Below, in pieces: positions 8,321-16,364 of a stretch of 64,000 nt of DNA (positions are counted from its first letter, which is position 1; each line of letters starts with the position of its first letter). Both the position numbers and the translations under genes were made by a program. The DNA lies in IMG/VR virus record IMGVR_UViG_2867359821_000001, positions 5,093 through 69,092 of that record. One strand, given 5' to 3'. This stretch comes from a virus. Below the pieces are notes generated by a model, which searched no databases, was not told the origin of the DNA, and saw only the letters and a program-made list of their open reading frames with translations.

Positions 8321-8886
8321 AGCGAGGCCGCCATCACGAGTCGGAAGTTCCGCGCGTACTGGATCGACCACTCGATGTCGGATGCCGCGCGGTGCGCCTG
8401 GTCCGTGTCCGGTACGTCGAAACGGGCGACCTGCTCGGGGACCAGCGGCAGCGACGCCACCGTCTCCTGCAGCGTCCGCACGTCGAAGTTCCGGTAGTGG
8501 ACCATGTCGTCGACCTGTGACGTCTTGCGAGCGAGCATCCGGCGGTCAAACTCGACGCTGCTCCCGAAGAGGTAGGGTTTCTCGCCGAGCGGAACGCGGT
8601 TGTTGACTGCGATCTGCATGTCGGCGACTACCGAATGGAGCGAGCGGCGGGGCCCGCCGGGTCGGATGGCGTCGAGGAGCAGCCCGTTCTGCTCGTGCAT
8701 CTCGTATGCGAAAGGGCTCCGCTCGAGCAGCGCGATGACGTCATCTCTCTTGTTCGCGATGACGGCCGACTGGATCGGCACGATCTCCTCGAGATCGGGG
8801 CCGAGCAGACCCCACGCCACCTCGAGGATCAGATCATCATCGATGAGCCCGGTGGTCTCGATGTCTACAGGCAGGAAGTAGGTCAT
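8317..8886 (-). CDS. oligoribonuclease (Orn)-like DEDD 3'-5' exoribonuclease
   Basis: LPVDIETTGL...FGSSVEFDRRMLAR...HYRNFDVRTLQE...HRAASDIEWSI parallels Orn motifs (IDLEMTGL / GNSIGQDRRFL / HYRYLDVSTLKEL / HQAMDDIRESV). Confidence 0.6.
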   Translation of the reverse strand: MTYFLPVDIETTGLIDDDLILEVAWGLLGPDLEEIVPIQSAVIANKRDDVIALLERSPFAYEMHEQNGLLLDAIRPGGPRRSLHSVVADMQIAVNNRVPLGEKPYLFGSSVEFDRRMLARKTSQVDDMVHYRNFDVRTLQETVASLPLVPEQVARFDVPDTDQAHRAASDIEWSIQYARNFRLVMAASL

Positions 8887-9095
8887 TAGCTCGTCCTCTC
8901 AAAGGCTTCCGGGTCGACGATGGGCGGCGGTGGCCACGCGCCTTCCGTGGCGACGCCACCGTTCCACCAGCGTGACTTCATCTCCTGACCTGCGGGCGTG
9001 ATCGGGAGGTCGTTGAAGATCGGGCCGACGTAGTGGGGGATCCGGCTGAAAGCCAGCCCCGTGAGGATGCCGGCGATGAACGCGAGGGTCTTCAT
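8886..9095 (-). CDS. small membrane protein
   Basis: MKTLAFIAGILTGLAFSRIPHYVGPIF...; start trimmed to ATG 9093-9095 overlapping upstream stop. Confidence 0.4.
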   Translation of the reverse strand: MKTLAFIAGILTGLAFSRIPHYVGPIFNDLPITPAGQEMKSRWWNGGVATEGAWPPPPIVDPEAFERTS

Positions 9096-9412
9096 TCGTC
9101 GCCCTCCTTCACGAAATCCGGGTGCGTCGGGCACTCAGGGGTGCACGTCGCGTGTATCGGGGCGTCGATGTCGACCGAGTACAGCCAGTCGAGAAACTTG
9201 CCGCGCAGCTGTGCCTCGTTCAGGCGGCTCGCCTGGGTGGTGAGCGCCTCGGCATTCTCGGAACGCTGGATGCCGATGTCGGGCCTGGTGTTGTTCGGCC
9301 AGCGACGCAGGAAGTCTTCCTCGTCGGGCACCCACTTGCCGTGCTCGTCCTGCTTCACGGCACGCTTGGTGGCGTTCAGGATGAACATGGTCGGTGCGGT
9401 TGCGGTGGTCAT
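9092..9412 (-). CDS. hypothetical protein (106 aa)
   Basis: MTTATAPTMFILNATKRAVKQDEHGKWVPDEEDF...; trimmed start, ATGA coupling. Confidence 0.45.
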   Translation of the reverse strand: MTTATAPTMFILNATKRAVKQDEHGKWVPDEEDFLRRWPNNTRPDIGIQRSENAEALTTQASRLNEAQLRGKFLDWLYSVDIDAPIHATCTPECPTHPDFVKEGDE

Positions 9413-9657
9413 GCCGATACCTCCGGTTCGATCTCGATGGCGGGAAGGATGGCGTCCGGCTCCGAGATCTCGGCCTCCAGGACGGGGATGAACTGGTCGA
9501 AGATCGCCATGGGGATCTTCAGGTTCACCTTGACGGCGATCTGGCCGGACTCGAGCGCCGGCTTCCTGACCTTCATGGCGGCCACGCGGGGTGGCTTCCA
9601 CGTATGCGAGTGCGGCTCGAGGATGAGGTAGACGGAGGTGGTGCGAGTGTCTCTCAT
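9409..9657 (-). CDS. hypothetical protein (82 aa)
   Basis: ORF-track ORF, coupled. Confidence 0.4.
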   Translation of the reverse strand: MRDTRTTSVYLILEPHSHTWKPPRVAAMKVRKPALESGQIAVKVNLKIPMAIFDQFIPVLEAEISEPDAILPAIEIEPEVSA

Positions 9658-9902
9658 CGCGTGCCCCTCTCCCGGATGGTCCAGCCGTTCTCCGCGATCG
9701 CGGCCTCGAGGGCTGCCACGGCGGTCGCAAATGTGGCGCCGTGACGGGTCATCTCCACGCGCTCACCGGTGGAGAGGTAGCCGTCCAGGGTCGCGGTCCA
9801 CTGGTACGTGACCATAGGCTCTGCGCTGGAGAGGCCCGTCTCCTCATCCAGCACGTCCTCGGTCGCGTTGATCGAGCGGCGAGTGACGTACGGAGCGGTC
9901 AT
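9654..9902 (-). CDS. hypothetical protein (82 aa)
   Basis: ORF-track ORF, coupled. Confidence 0.4.
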   Translation of the reverse strand: MTAPYVTRRSINATEDVLDEETGLSSAEPMVTYQWTATLDGYLSTGERVEMTRHGATFATAVAALEAAIAENGWTIRERGTR

Positions 9903-10102
9903 GCTCGGTACCCCCGCGAGTCAGTCTCGCCCGGAGCGGTCGCTCGAATGGTGATCCAGCTGCCCCAGAGAGGGCCCTGGCTGGCTACGTACGCCTCGGC
10001 GTCATCCACGGACGCGAACGGGCCGATGTAGCGCGGCAGCTGGTCGCTGTGGCCGGAGTCCCGACCCAGCTCGGCCTCGATGAAGAACGGCTTGTCGGTC
10101 AT
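9899..10102 (-). CDS. hypothetical protein (67 aa)
   Basis: MTDKPFFIEAELGRDSGHSDQLPRYIGPF...; trimmed from longer ORF 9899..10558. Confidence 0.4.
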   Translation of the reverse strand: MTDKPFFIEAELGRDSGHSDQLPRYIGPFASVDDAEAYVASQGPLWGSWITIRATAPGETDSRGYRA

Positions 10103-10359
10103 TTCGATCCCCTGCCGAAGATGACGCTCAGGATCAGGAGTGTCGGCAGGATGAGCCCGAGGACGTTGGACAGCGTCGCCGGGTGACCGTTCGCCAGTTC
10201 CACGATGCTCGAGGCGAGCCAGACGAGCGCCACGAGAGCGCAGAGCCCAGCCGCGAGAGCGAGGGCCACGATCACTGCCCCCAGGCCGACGAGCGACCAG
10301 TCGAAGGGCCGGCGGCGCGTCTGCCTGGACGCGAGCCGCTGTGCAACGGTGGGACTCAT
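10099..10359 (-). CDS. membrane protein (2 TM)
   Basis: LVGLGAVIVALALAAGLCALVALVWLASS...LGLILPTLLILSVIFG hydrophobic segments. Confidence 0.45.
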   Translation of the reverse strand: MSPTVAQRLASRQTRRRPFDWSLVGLGAVIVALALAAGLCALVALVWLASSIVELANGHPATLSNVLGLILPTLLILSVIFGRGSK

Positions 10360-10646
10360 CGCGCCACCGGGCCGCGCTGGGCGTTCGGCATCTGCGGGCC
10401 GCCGGTCTTGGCGACTCGCGCCGTGTGGCCGGTTTGCATGTGCGTGAGGCGCGGCGCGTCGAAGACGGCCTCGATGACCTGCTTGCGCTCGGTGTCATAC
10501 GTCTCGAGGCAGACCCGCTCGCAGGCGTGCTGGAAGAACGACACCGAGGTGGCGACACCTTCGAAGCCGGTCTGCTTGTCGATGTAGCGCTCGCCCGTGA
10601 TGATGTCGCTCTCGTAGGCGTGCTTCCTGCGTGCTCCGATGGTCAT
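10356..10646 (-). CDS. hypothetical protein (96 aa)
   Basis: ORF-track ORF, coupled. Confidence 0.4.
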   Translation of the reverse strand: MTIGARRKHAYESDIITGERYIDKQTGFEGVATSVSFFQHACERVCLETYDTERKQVIEAVFDAPRLTHMQTGHTARVAKTGGPQMPNAQRGPVAR

Positions 10647-10948
10647 ACTGCGCTCTCCTCTGCTTCTGCGCTCAGGAGCGCGGTGATGGTGGTGGGGTCT
10701 TCGGTGACGGCGGACAGGAGTTCGATCAGGTCGCCGAGGAAGGCCCCGATCCCGTCGTTCGGCGCGGCGTTGCTCAGTGTGACGCTGACCTCCACCTCGG
10801 TCTCCGCCTCGTTCATGTCGATGTCGATCAGGATCCGCATGGGGCCGGTCGGGCCGAAAGCGACCGTGCGCAGCTCGCCGGTGGAGCCGCCTGGCGGGAA
10901 GTTCTTGATCTGGATGTTGACGGCATCCGGGCTGGTCTCATCGGTCAC
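10643..10948 (-). CDS. hypothetical acidic protein (101 aa)
   Basis: ORF-track ORF, coupled. Confidence 0.4.
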   Translation of the reverse strand: MTDETSPDAVNIQIKNFPPGGSTGELRTVAFGPTGPMRILIDIDMNEAETEVEVSVTLSNAAPNDGIGAFLGDLIELLSAVTEDPTTITALLSAEAEESAV

Positions 10949-11670
10949 TTCTTGCCCTCCGACTTCTTCTTGGCGGGCTTCTTCGGGACTGGCTCCGGGG
11001 TCGTCCCCTTGATGTCGTCGATGCGGATGCGACCATCGTCGAAGATGCTCGCGAAGACGGCGGCGCCTCCGGCCGCCGGGTCGAAGCCGATGCGCGGGTA
11101 GTAGAACGAGAGCTGCTGCGCCGGGGCGAGCCCGGCGACCTTCTTCTCGGTGGCCTCTCGCTCGTCGGCTGCCTTCTTCTCTGCGCGGACCTCGAGCGCG
11201 GTCTGGATGTCGGCCCAGAAGCGGTCGGTGTCGTGACCCAGCGTGACCTGTTCGATGTCGCCGCGCTTCGTGACCTTGGGGTAGCCGTGACGCTCGTACC
11301 CCTTGATCTCGAGGGCGTTGAGCAGGGCGGCGATCGTGTTGCGGCGGGCCAGATCTGCGGCGGTGCGCAGTTCTGCAGCCCAGCGCTCGGCGTCCGTGCT
11401 CGAAGCGTCCTTCGGGGCGGTCCAGTACGTCGTGAGCAGGGGGCCATGCGTGCCAACAGATGCGGGACCGGGGCTGGAGGTGAAGCCGGCCTTCCGAAGA
11501 GTGGTCTCCGCACGCTGCTTATCCCACTCGAGCTGTTCGATGCGGTCGCGCTGCTGCTCGACGCGGACTTCGTGGGATGAGACGCGCGATTCCGCGGCTT
11601 CGCGGTCGCTCTCCGAGCGCTCCAGCGCCTCGCGGAGCTGGCGGCGCGTCCTGGGGGTGGGGGTCGCCAT
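10945..11670 (-). CDS. hypothetical protein, coiled-coil N-term, Lys-rich C-term
   Basis: 241 aa, heptad-like N-terminus, PKKPAKKKSEGKK tail. Confidence 0.45.
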   Translation of the reverse strand: MATPTPRTRRQLREALERSESDREAAESRVSSHEVRVEQQRDRIEQLEWDKQRAETTLRKAGFTSSPGPASVGTHGPLLTTYWTAPKDASSTDAERWAAELRTAADLARRNTIAALLNALEIKGYERHGYPKVTKRGDIEQVTLGHDTDRFWADIQTALEVRAEKKAADEREATEKKVAGLAPAQQLSFYYPRIGFDPAAGGAAVFASIFDDGRIRIDDIKGTTPEPVPKKPAKKKSEGKK

Positions 11671-12257
11671 CAGAACTTCCTTCCGTGCTTGTGGGCACGC
11701 GTGGCGTTGTACGCGAGCTTCTCGAAGATGATCGAGGCTAGGTCGAAGCCCGCCTCGTGGGCGAAGTCGAAGGAGCGGATCACGATGTCGGCGATCTCGG
11801 AGGGGACGCCCTCCGGCTTGCCGATCGCGTCGTCCAGGACGTCGGGCTTCTCGCCGGCTGCCCAGGCGTAGGTGTCGCCGTTGACCTTCGCGGAGTACCA
11901 GGTCTCGTCGGAGCGGCGGCCGTTGCGGAGCTCCTCGATCGCTTCGGCAGCCTCGGTGACGATGAGGGCGAGGCGGGCGGTCTGGTAGTTGCGGAGGATC
12001 GCCTCCCAGTTCTCCTCTGGATCAGGCTTGCCATCCGGGCCCTCGGACAGACCGCCCGCGCGGTTGATGGAGCGGACGGCGTCGAGCTGGTCGCGGATCT
12101 TCAGACCCTCCTCGTGGAAGCCCTTGGCGGCGTTCGCTTCGCCGATGCGCTTCTGGATGTCGCGGAGTACGTTCTGCACGAGGTCCGGCGGGAAGTGAAA
12201 CTCGCGCTTGTGGACGATGCCGGCGGGGTCATAGCCCACCCCAGTGAAGCCGCTCAC
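11670..12257 (-). CDS. mazG: MazG-like nucleoside triphosphate pyrophosphohydrolase
   Basis: LIVTEAAEAIEELRNG (E-x-x-E-x-x-x-E metal-binding helix), SEIADIVIRSFDFAHEAG, C-terminal KLAYNATRAHKHG resembling MazG K-N-x-x-R-Y tail. Confidence 0.5.
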   Translation of the reverse strand: MSGFTGVGYDPAGIVHKREFHFPPDLVQNVLRDIQKRIGEANAAKGFHEEGLKIRDQLDAVRSINRAGGLSEGPDGKPDPEENWEAILRNYQTARLALIVTEAAEAIEELRNGRRSDETWYSAKVNGDTYAWAAGEKPDVLDDAIGKPEGVPSEIADIVIRSFDFAHEAGFDLASIIFEKLAYNATRAHKHGRKF

Positions 12258-12547
12258 GCGGGGGCCTCCGTCGGGATCTCGACCTTGCTGAGGACGGGGA
12301 GGGCGCCGAGGTGAAGGAGCACCGTCCGCTCGACGTACTCGCCGATGGTCTTGGCGTACTGGGCGGGGTCGGCACCGTGCGGGTGGTCGAGCTTCGACCC
12401 GTAGGTGACGTCCTTCTCGCCTTCGGTCTCGAAGTCGAGTCGGATGCTCGTCGACCTCTTGGGCGGTTCGACCGGTGCCGGCGGCGTCTCGGGCGTGATC
12501 TCCGTGCCGTCGGCGAGATCGGGCTGGGTGAGCGTGGGGTCAGTCAT
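12254..12547 (-). CDS. hypothetical protein (97 aa), first gene of the long minus-strand operon
   Basis: MTDPTLTQPDLADG...; start trimmed to ATG 12545-12547 preceded by AAGGGAGCACC RBS 8 nt upstream. Confidence 0.45.
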   Translation of the reverse strand: MTDPTLTQPDLADGTEITPETPPAPVEPPKRSTSIRLDFETEGEKDVTYGSKLDHPHGADPAQYAKTIGEYVERTVLLHLGALPVLSKVEIPTEAPA

Positions 12548-12630
12548 GAATGGTGCTCCCTTGTCTGTGCGTGGGTGTGGTCTGCGCCAAAACTTAGGCG
12601 TGTAATTCACCATACATGATGTTTAAGGGC

Positions 12631-12646
12631 GTGGGAAGAGTCCCAC
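12631..12646. promoter_or_regulatory. palindromic operator-like site GTGGGAagagTCCCAC
   Basis: 6-bp inverted arms, near-identical second copy at 13471-13486. Confidence 0.35.
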
Positions 12647-12756
12647 GAAAAGTTCCTCAGAGACGCGAGATGCCCCTCGGGCGGGAGGGGCGCCGAGGGG
12701 CTCGAGCGGACCACTCGCTCGCTGTCCTTTGTTGCCGAGGGGCGTTGGGACACGTC

Positions 12757-12789
12757 CAGCCTACGGGTGGATCTGGGCCTTAATTTGGG
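12757..12789 (-). promoter_or_regulatory. copy of recurrent promoter-like motif upstream of minus-strand operon
   Basis: CAGCCTACGGGTGGATCTGGGCCTTAATTTGGG; shares GGCCTTAATTYTGG core. Confidence 0.4.
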
Positions 12790-12801
12790 CGGGGGAGCCG
12801 C

Positions 12802-13014
12802 TCACTCGGCCGGTGCGTCGGTGCGGTACATCCGCGAGGCGGCGGTGGCCATGATGCCGAGGGCGTCGCCGATCTCGGCCCACGTCATGCCGGCCTGGCG
12901 GGCGGCGTGGATCGCTGCCCAGCGGGTGCGCCGGTAGTTCTCGGCGCGGAGCGCGATCAGGCGCTGCTCGGCGGCGGCTCGGGACGGGCTCTCGTTGGAC
13001 ATGATGTTCATCAT
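12802..13014 (-). CDS. small helix-turn-helix DNA-binding protein (candidate immunity/regulatory protein)
   Basis: C-terminal 65-70 aa of long spurious ORF: MNIMSNESPSRAAAEQRLIALRAENYRRTRWAAIHAARQAGMTWAEIGDALGIMATAASRMYRTD, sigma-r4/LuxR-like HTH. Confidence 0.45.
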   Translation of the reverse strand: MMNIMSNESPSRAAAEQRLIALRAENYRRTRWAAIHAARQAGMTWAEIGDALGIMATAASRMYRTDAPAE

Positions 13015-13049
13015 AGGGTGAAACGGGCGGCCTGGGAAAGCCCGATGCG

Positions 13050-13346
13050 TCAGCCGCGGAACGACAAGGGCTGTGCGTCGCGGCGTGCGCGGTCCCGCTC
13101 GCGTGATGCGTGAACCTCGAGCGCGTCGAACGTCCGGCTGCCGACCTCCTTGGCGTGCAACGACAGCAGCCAAGCGGTGAGGGCGAGGCTGATGAGTCCG
13201 GCGCCGATCGAAAGCCCGAGGATGTTGGCGGCGGCCGTCTGCGACGTTTCGAGGAAGGATCCGCGCGGCCAGCTGAGCGCGGAGACGAGGAGGAAGACCA
13301 GGCCGAGCAGGAGCGAGGTCAGCGAGACGATGGCGAGCGGCTTCAT
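13050..13346 (-). CDS. membrane protein (2-3 TM), candidate lysogen-expressed/superinfection-exclusion protein
   Basis: MKPLAIVSLTSLLLGLVFLLVSAL...ILGLSIGAGLISLALTAWLLSL. Minus strand, divergent from early plus-strand genes. Confidence 0.45.
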   Translation of the reverse strand: MKPLAIVSLTSLLLGLVFLLVSALSWPRGSFLETSQTAAANILGLSIGAGLISLALTAWLLSLHAKEVGSRTFDALEVHASRERDRARRDAQPLSFRG

Positions 13347-13470
13347 GGGCCCGAGTGTAGCGGTCGACCGGCATCCTGCGCGCCCGGCGGTCGATAACCT
13401 TATCGCCGGCGCCGCAGCTCCGCCAGTTCCGCCGCTGATGGAAGGCAAAAATTTCTGGAACGCAGTGAAA

Positions 13471-13486
13471 GTGGGACGTTTCCCAC
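13471..13486. promoter_or_regulatory. palindromic operator-like site GTGGGAcgttTCCCAC in divergent regulatory region
   Basis: Second copy of GTGGGA-N4-TCCCAC. Also CGATAAccTTATCG palindrome at about 13396-13409. Confidence 0.35.
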
Positions 13487-13820
13487 CAGGAAACGGCTGA
13501 ACAGCACCAAATTTGTACGGTGGCAGCCCAACCCAGGTCACGCGCCCCGCCCGCTGCACAATCCGTCACCTTTGCCGCGTGCTTCCAATGCGTCGCGCCG
13601 CCCGTTCACCCGCGACGCGGCCCCGCGCCCCGCTGTGCGCGCCGTTGCGCCCCGCCTTGGGCTATCGCATGCCCTAGGTGTGCGGGTGTGTTGTGCGTGG
13701 CGTGGAGCGCGTGCCCTGCCCTGGCATGGGGGATGGGTGCCCCTGCCTACTGGCCTCGCATGCGCCAATGTAACGGATGGGTAACGGTCTCGTTTTTAGG
13801 TCTTTATCGCGATTAACGTA

Positions 13821-14105
13821 ATGTTCAACACCTTGGTACGGATGCCGGGGTTGGACGAATGGGATCGCATCATGGCTAACACCTTCACCCTTACCGATAC
13901 TGAACTCGCATGCGGCGTCACTCTCGGCGCCGTGCACGCGGCGCGGGACCGTGGCCTAGTGCGGGATGAGCGTTCTGTCTTCGTCGCAGAGCGCCACCAG
14001 GCTCCCGCTGTGGCAGGTGCAGCCGCACGCATGGCCCTTGGTGGCCCTGTGGAGTTTTCACACCTGGCCTACGGATGCCCGGTCTACCGTCTGGTGCGTG
14101 CCTGA
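13821..14105 (+). CDS. hypothetical protein (94 aa), first early gene
   Basis: ORF-track ORF; stop overlaps next start (TGATG). Confidence 0.45.
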   Translation: MFNTLVRMPGLDEWDRIMANTFTLTDTELACGVTLGAVHAARDRGLVRDERSVFVAERHQAPAVAGAAARMALGGPVEFSHLAYGCPVYRLVRA

Positions 14106-14254
14106 TGCGCCGCTACGCGGTGCGCGTGCTGTCCTATGGCCGATGGGGATGGGAGCAGGGACCGGCGCTCACGCTGACAGAGGCTGCAGCACAGGCCGCG
14201 CGCTTGCTCGCCCTCCCGCATGTGACCGCTACCAAGGTCGAATCGATCTACTAG
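14105..14254 (+). CDS. small protein (49 aa), MR-Y family paralogue 1
   Basis: MRRYAVRVLSYGRWGWEQGP...; below ORF-track size cutoff, found by manual translation. Confidence 0.35.
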   Translation: MRRYAVRVLSYGRWGWEQGPALTLTEAAAQAARLLALPHVTATKVESIY

Positions 14255-14260
14255 CCCGCC

Positions 14261-14425
14261 ATGCGCTACCGCATCGAAGTCCACTTCGGGCGGGGCTGGG
14301 AGTGGTACGGCTCCGACGATCAGCAACTCAGGGCCTGCCGCGTGGCTAAGGGGATAGCCGAGTCAGGCTTCCCCGCCCGTGTCCTCGACACCCACGATTC
14401 CGACCGCATTATCTACGCACGATAG
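14261..14425 (+). CDS. small protein (54 aa), MRYRI family paralogue 2
   Basis: MRYRIEVHFGRGWEWYGSDDQQLRACRVAKG...; tandem to paralogue 1. Confidence 0.35.
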   Translation: MRYRIEVHFGRGWEWYGSDDQQLRACRVAKGIAESGFPARVLDTHDSDRIIYAR

Positions 14426-14531
14426 CGCGCCATTGTCCCGCCTGCCGGATACTCACGGCAACCACACCGGGCACCCGGCAGGCGGGGCTGTAGTTCGCAG
14501 TACACACATGTTCACAACCATTGGAGACACC

Positions 14532-14957
14532 ATGAGCACCTTCGAATTCGACTCCACCTATTCTGCGCTCACCGGCGAGAACGTCGGCGGCGTCTACATT
14601 CCCACCGTTGAGCACAGCGACACCGCAGACATTCTCATCGACGGCGTCGGCCTGGTAGACGGCCCCGGCCCGCTGGGAGAGTGGAGCGCCCTCACCGGCT
14701 ACACCGGCCAGCATGGCTACCGCGGCGCTGTGATGCACCCCTCAGAGACCGCCGACGATGACACGATCCGGGAATGGGTACGTGACGCCGGGGGGGACGT
14801 GTTCGCGATTGTGGAGGTCCGCGAGGACGACGGCTCGTTCCCGGACGGTGACCCCATCGGATGGGCGATCATCTACTGCGTCGCCGACCCCCACACCGAC
14901 CCCGCGCACCCGCGATGCTCATTCGACTGCCCCGCGCCCATGATGGTCCCGGCATGA
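14532..14957 (+). CDS. hypothetical protein (141 aa)
   Basis: MSTFEFDSTYSALTGENVGGVYIP...; start trimmed to ATG 14532 preceded by GGAGACACC. Confidence 0.45.
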   Translation: MSTFEFDSTYSALTGENVGGVYIPTVEHSDTADILIDGVGLVDGPGPLGEWSALTGYTGQHGYRGAVMHPSETADDDTIREWVRDAGGDVFAIVEVREDDGSFPDGDPIGWAIIYCVADPHTDPAHPRCSFDCPAPMMVPA

Positions 14958-15082
14958 CCCCTCAGACCCGCCTACGCCCCCGCTGGCCGGACATCGCCGC
15001 CGCGCTCGCTGTCGCCGCGTTCGCCGTCGCCCTGCCCCTCACCCTCCTCACACTCGCCGCCGCCGAAAGGATCGCCCCATGA
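14954..15082 (+). CDS. small membrane peptide (42 aa)
   Basis: MTPQTRLRPRWPDIAAALAVAAFAVALPLTLLTLAAAERIAP; ATGA overlap with upstream gene. Confidence 0.35.
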   Translation: MTPQTRLRPRWPDIAAALAVAAFAVALPLTLLTLAAAERIAP

Positions 15083-15615
15083 GCACCAACAGCCTCACCT
15101 ACGCACAAGCCACCGGCATCACGTCCGACGCACAGCGCAACCGGATCGCCGCCGACCACGCCCGCTATCAGCAGGCCTTGAAGGCGGCGTCGCGGGCCGT
15201 TCTCGACGGGTATGACGCCCTGGCCGTTCTCGACGGGTATGACGCCCTGGCCGCTCACGCCTATGAATCGGCGCGCAGGGTCGCTCACGTCGCCTCGACG
15301 CACGGCAACCCCGGCCCACTGATCGACCAACTCGAACGGGCCTACGCCGACGACAGCGAGGACGAGGGCGCGCTCATGGCTGTCTGGGCTCGCGTGCGTC
15401 GCCGCCTACCTGGCAGTGACGGCGCTCCGCGCCTGGCTGATGCTGTGAGCCTCACTGCCGAAGATCACAGATCTAAAGCGGGGGAGTCAGACCGTCGAGC
15501 GCTGCGCGCGCACTCACCCGCCGAAAGTCGTGCACTGCGACGGGAAGCACGCGAACACCGTCTGTCGGCTCTGCTGGCTGAGTATCACCTGTCAGACAGC
15601 CCGACCCGAGTTTAA
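15079..15615 (+). CDS. hypothetical protein (178 aa) with internal tandem repeat
   Basis: Contains AVLDGYDALAVLDGYDALA from 27-bp x2 DNA repeat. Confidence 0.45.
   Translation: MSTNSLTYAQATGITSDAQRNRIAADHARYQQALKAASRAVLDGYDALAVLDGYDALAAHAYESARRVAHVASTHGNPGPLIDQLERAYADDSEDEGALMAVWARVRRRLPGSDGAPRLADAVSLTAEDHRSKAGESDRRALRAHSPAESRALRREAREHRLSALLAEYHLSDSPTRV
15196..15249 (+). repeat. perfect 27-bp tandem duplication (GCCGTTCTCGACGGGTATGACGCCCTG x2)
   Basis: seen directly in sequence inside CDS 15079..15615. Confidence 0.9.
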
Positions 15616-15739
15616 GACGCAAATCTTGAGGTATCACACGCACGCACGTCGCGAGGTTGAGCGGACAGCCGCGAGCCACCTGGAGAGAGTTATCCACAGC
15701 CCTTTTCACACCGCCTTTCCCGCAAGTTTGCACACACCT

Positions 15740-16180
15740 CCCTAGACCCCTCTACATATCTACTCTTCAACAGTATGAATGTAGTAGTAGAGGTTTGTGT
15801 GTGTAGAGCGTTGAACCCCTCTCCCTTGAAACCATTGGGATCGCGAGGCTCTCAGGAACCTCCCAGCCTTACACATACCCGTTTTTTACACATTCACGCC
15901 TCAACATTCAACACGTAGTGCCGACACAGCCTATCTGCAAATTGTTGAGGCTAACAGTCCAAATGTAGAAATGGCGTGAAGCTCATGTGTAAGAAAACGT
16001 GAATGTGTACTTCGGCGCGAATATGTAGCAGCATCTGGCGCGACATCGCCAGCCGACTTATCCACAGCCCTTCGTTACCCAACCGTGACCGAAAACAAGC
16101 GGCTAACTGTTGAACATCTAGTTCAACATCGCTACTGTTGAACTACTGGGCAACGAAGCCACCCCCACACGAAACGGAGA
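15740..16180. promoter_or_regulatory. AT-rich (about 45% GC) non-coding region with iteron-like repeats; candidate operator cluster and/or replication origin
   Basis: No ORF >=60 aa. Repeated TGTTGAAC (15810, 16108, 16136) with inverted GTTCAAC (16121). ATGTAG x3, TACACAT x2, CAACATTCAACAC. Confidence 0.45.
16110..16138 (+). promoter_or_regulatory. sigma-70-like promoter TTGAAC-N17-TACTGT overlapping palindrome GTTGAACatctaGTTCAAC
   Basis: -35/-10 spacing 17 nt; 7-bp perfect inverted arms at 16109-16127; about 45 nt upstream of gene at 16187. Confidence 0.45.
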
Positions 16181-16186
16181 ATGACC

Positions 16187-16309
16187 ATGGCACGACAGGA
16201 CCCGAAGCGGACCGCGCAGAGCAAGCAGCAGACCATCGCCCGCCGTCAGGCTCGCGCCGTTCGTGAGCGCCAGACGTTCCGCACCACGGCCTCCGGCCGC
16301 GCTCGCTGA
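16187..16309 (+). CDS. small arginine-rich basic protein (40 aa)
   Basis: MARQDPKRTAQSKQQTIARRQARAVRERQTFRTTASGRAR; GGAGA RBS 7 nt upstream. Confidence 0.4.
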   Translation: MARQDPKRTAQSKQQTIARRQARAVRERQTFRTTASGRAR

Positions 16310-16364
16310 TCCTCCCGGTTTAGCCCCTAAATTCTCTCCACCACCACACATCCTGGAGCACATC

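Noticed and set aside
12802-13569. 255-aa minus ORF and other long Arg-rich ORFs around 12.8-13.8 kb
   Set aside because: Arg/Pro-rich high-GC artefact; only the C-terminal about 70 aa (HTH) and separate 98-aa membrane ORF look real
15740-16180. tRNA gene in AT-rich region
   Set aside because: No GTTCGAATC-type T-loop or cloverleaf-compatible complementarity found by eye
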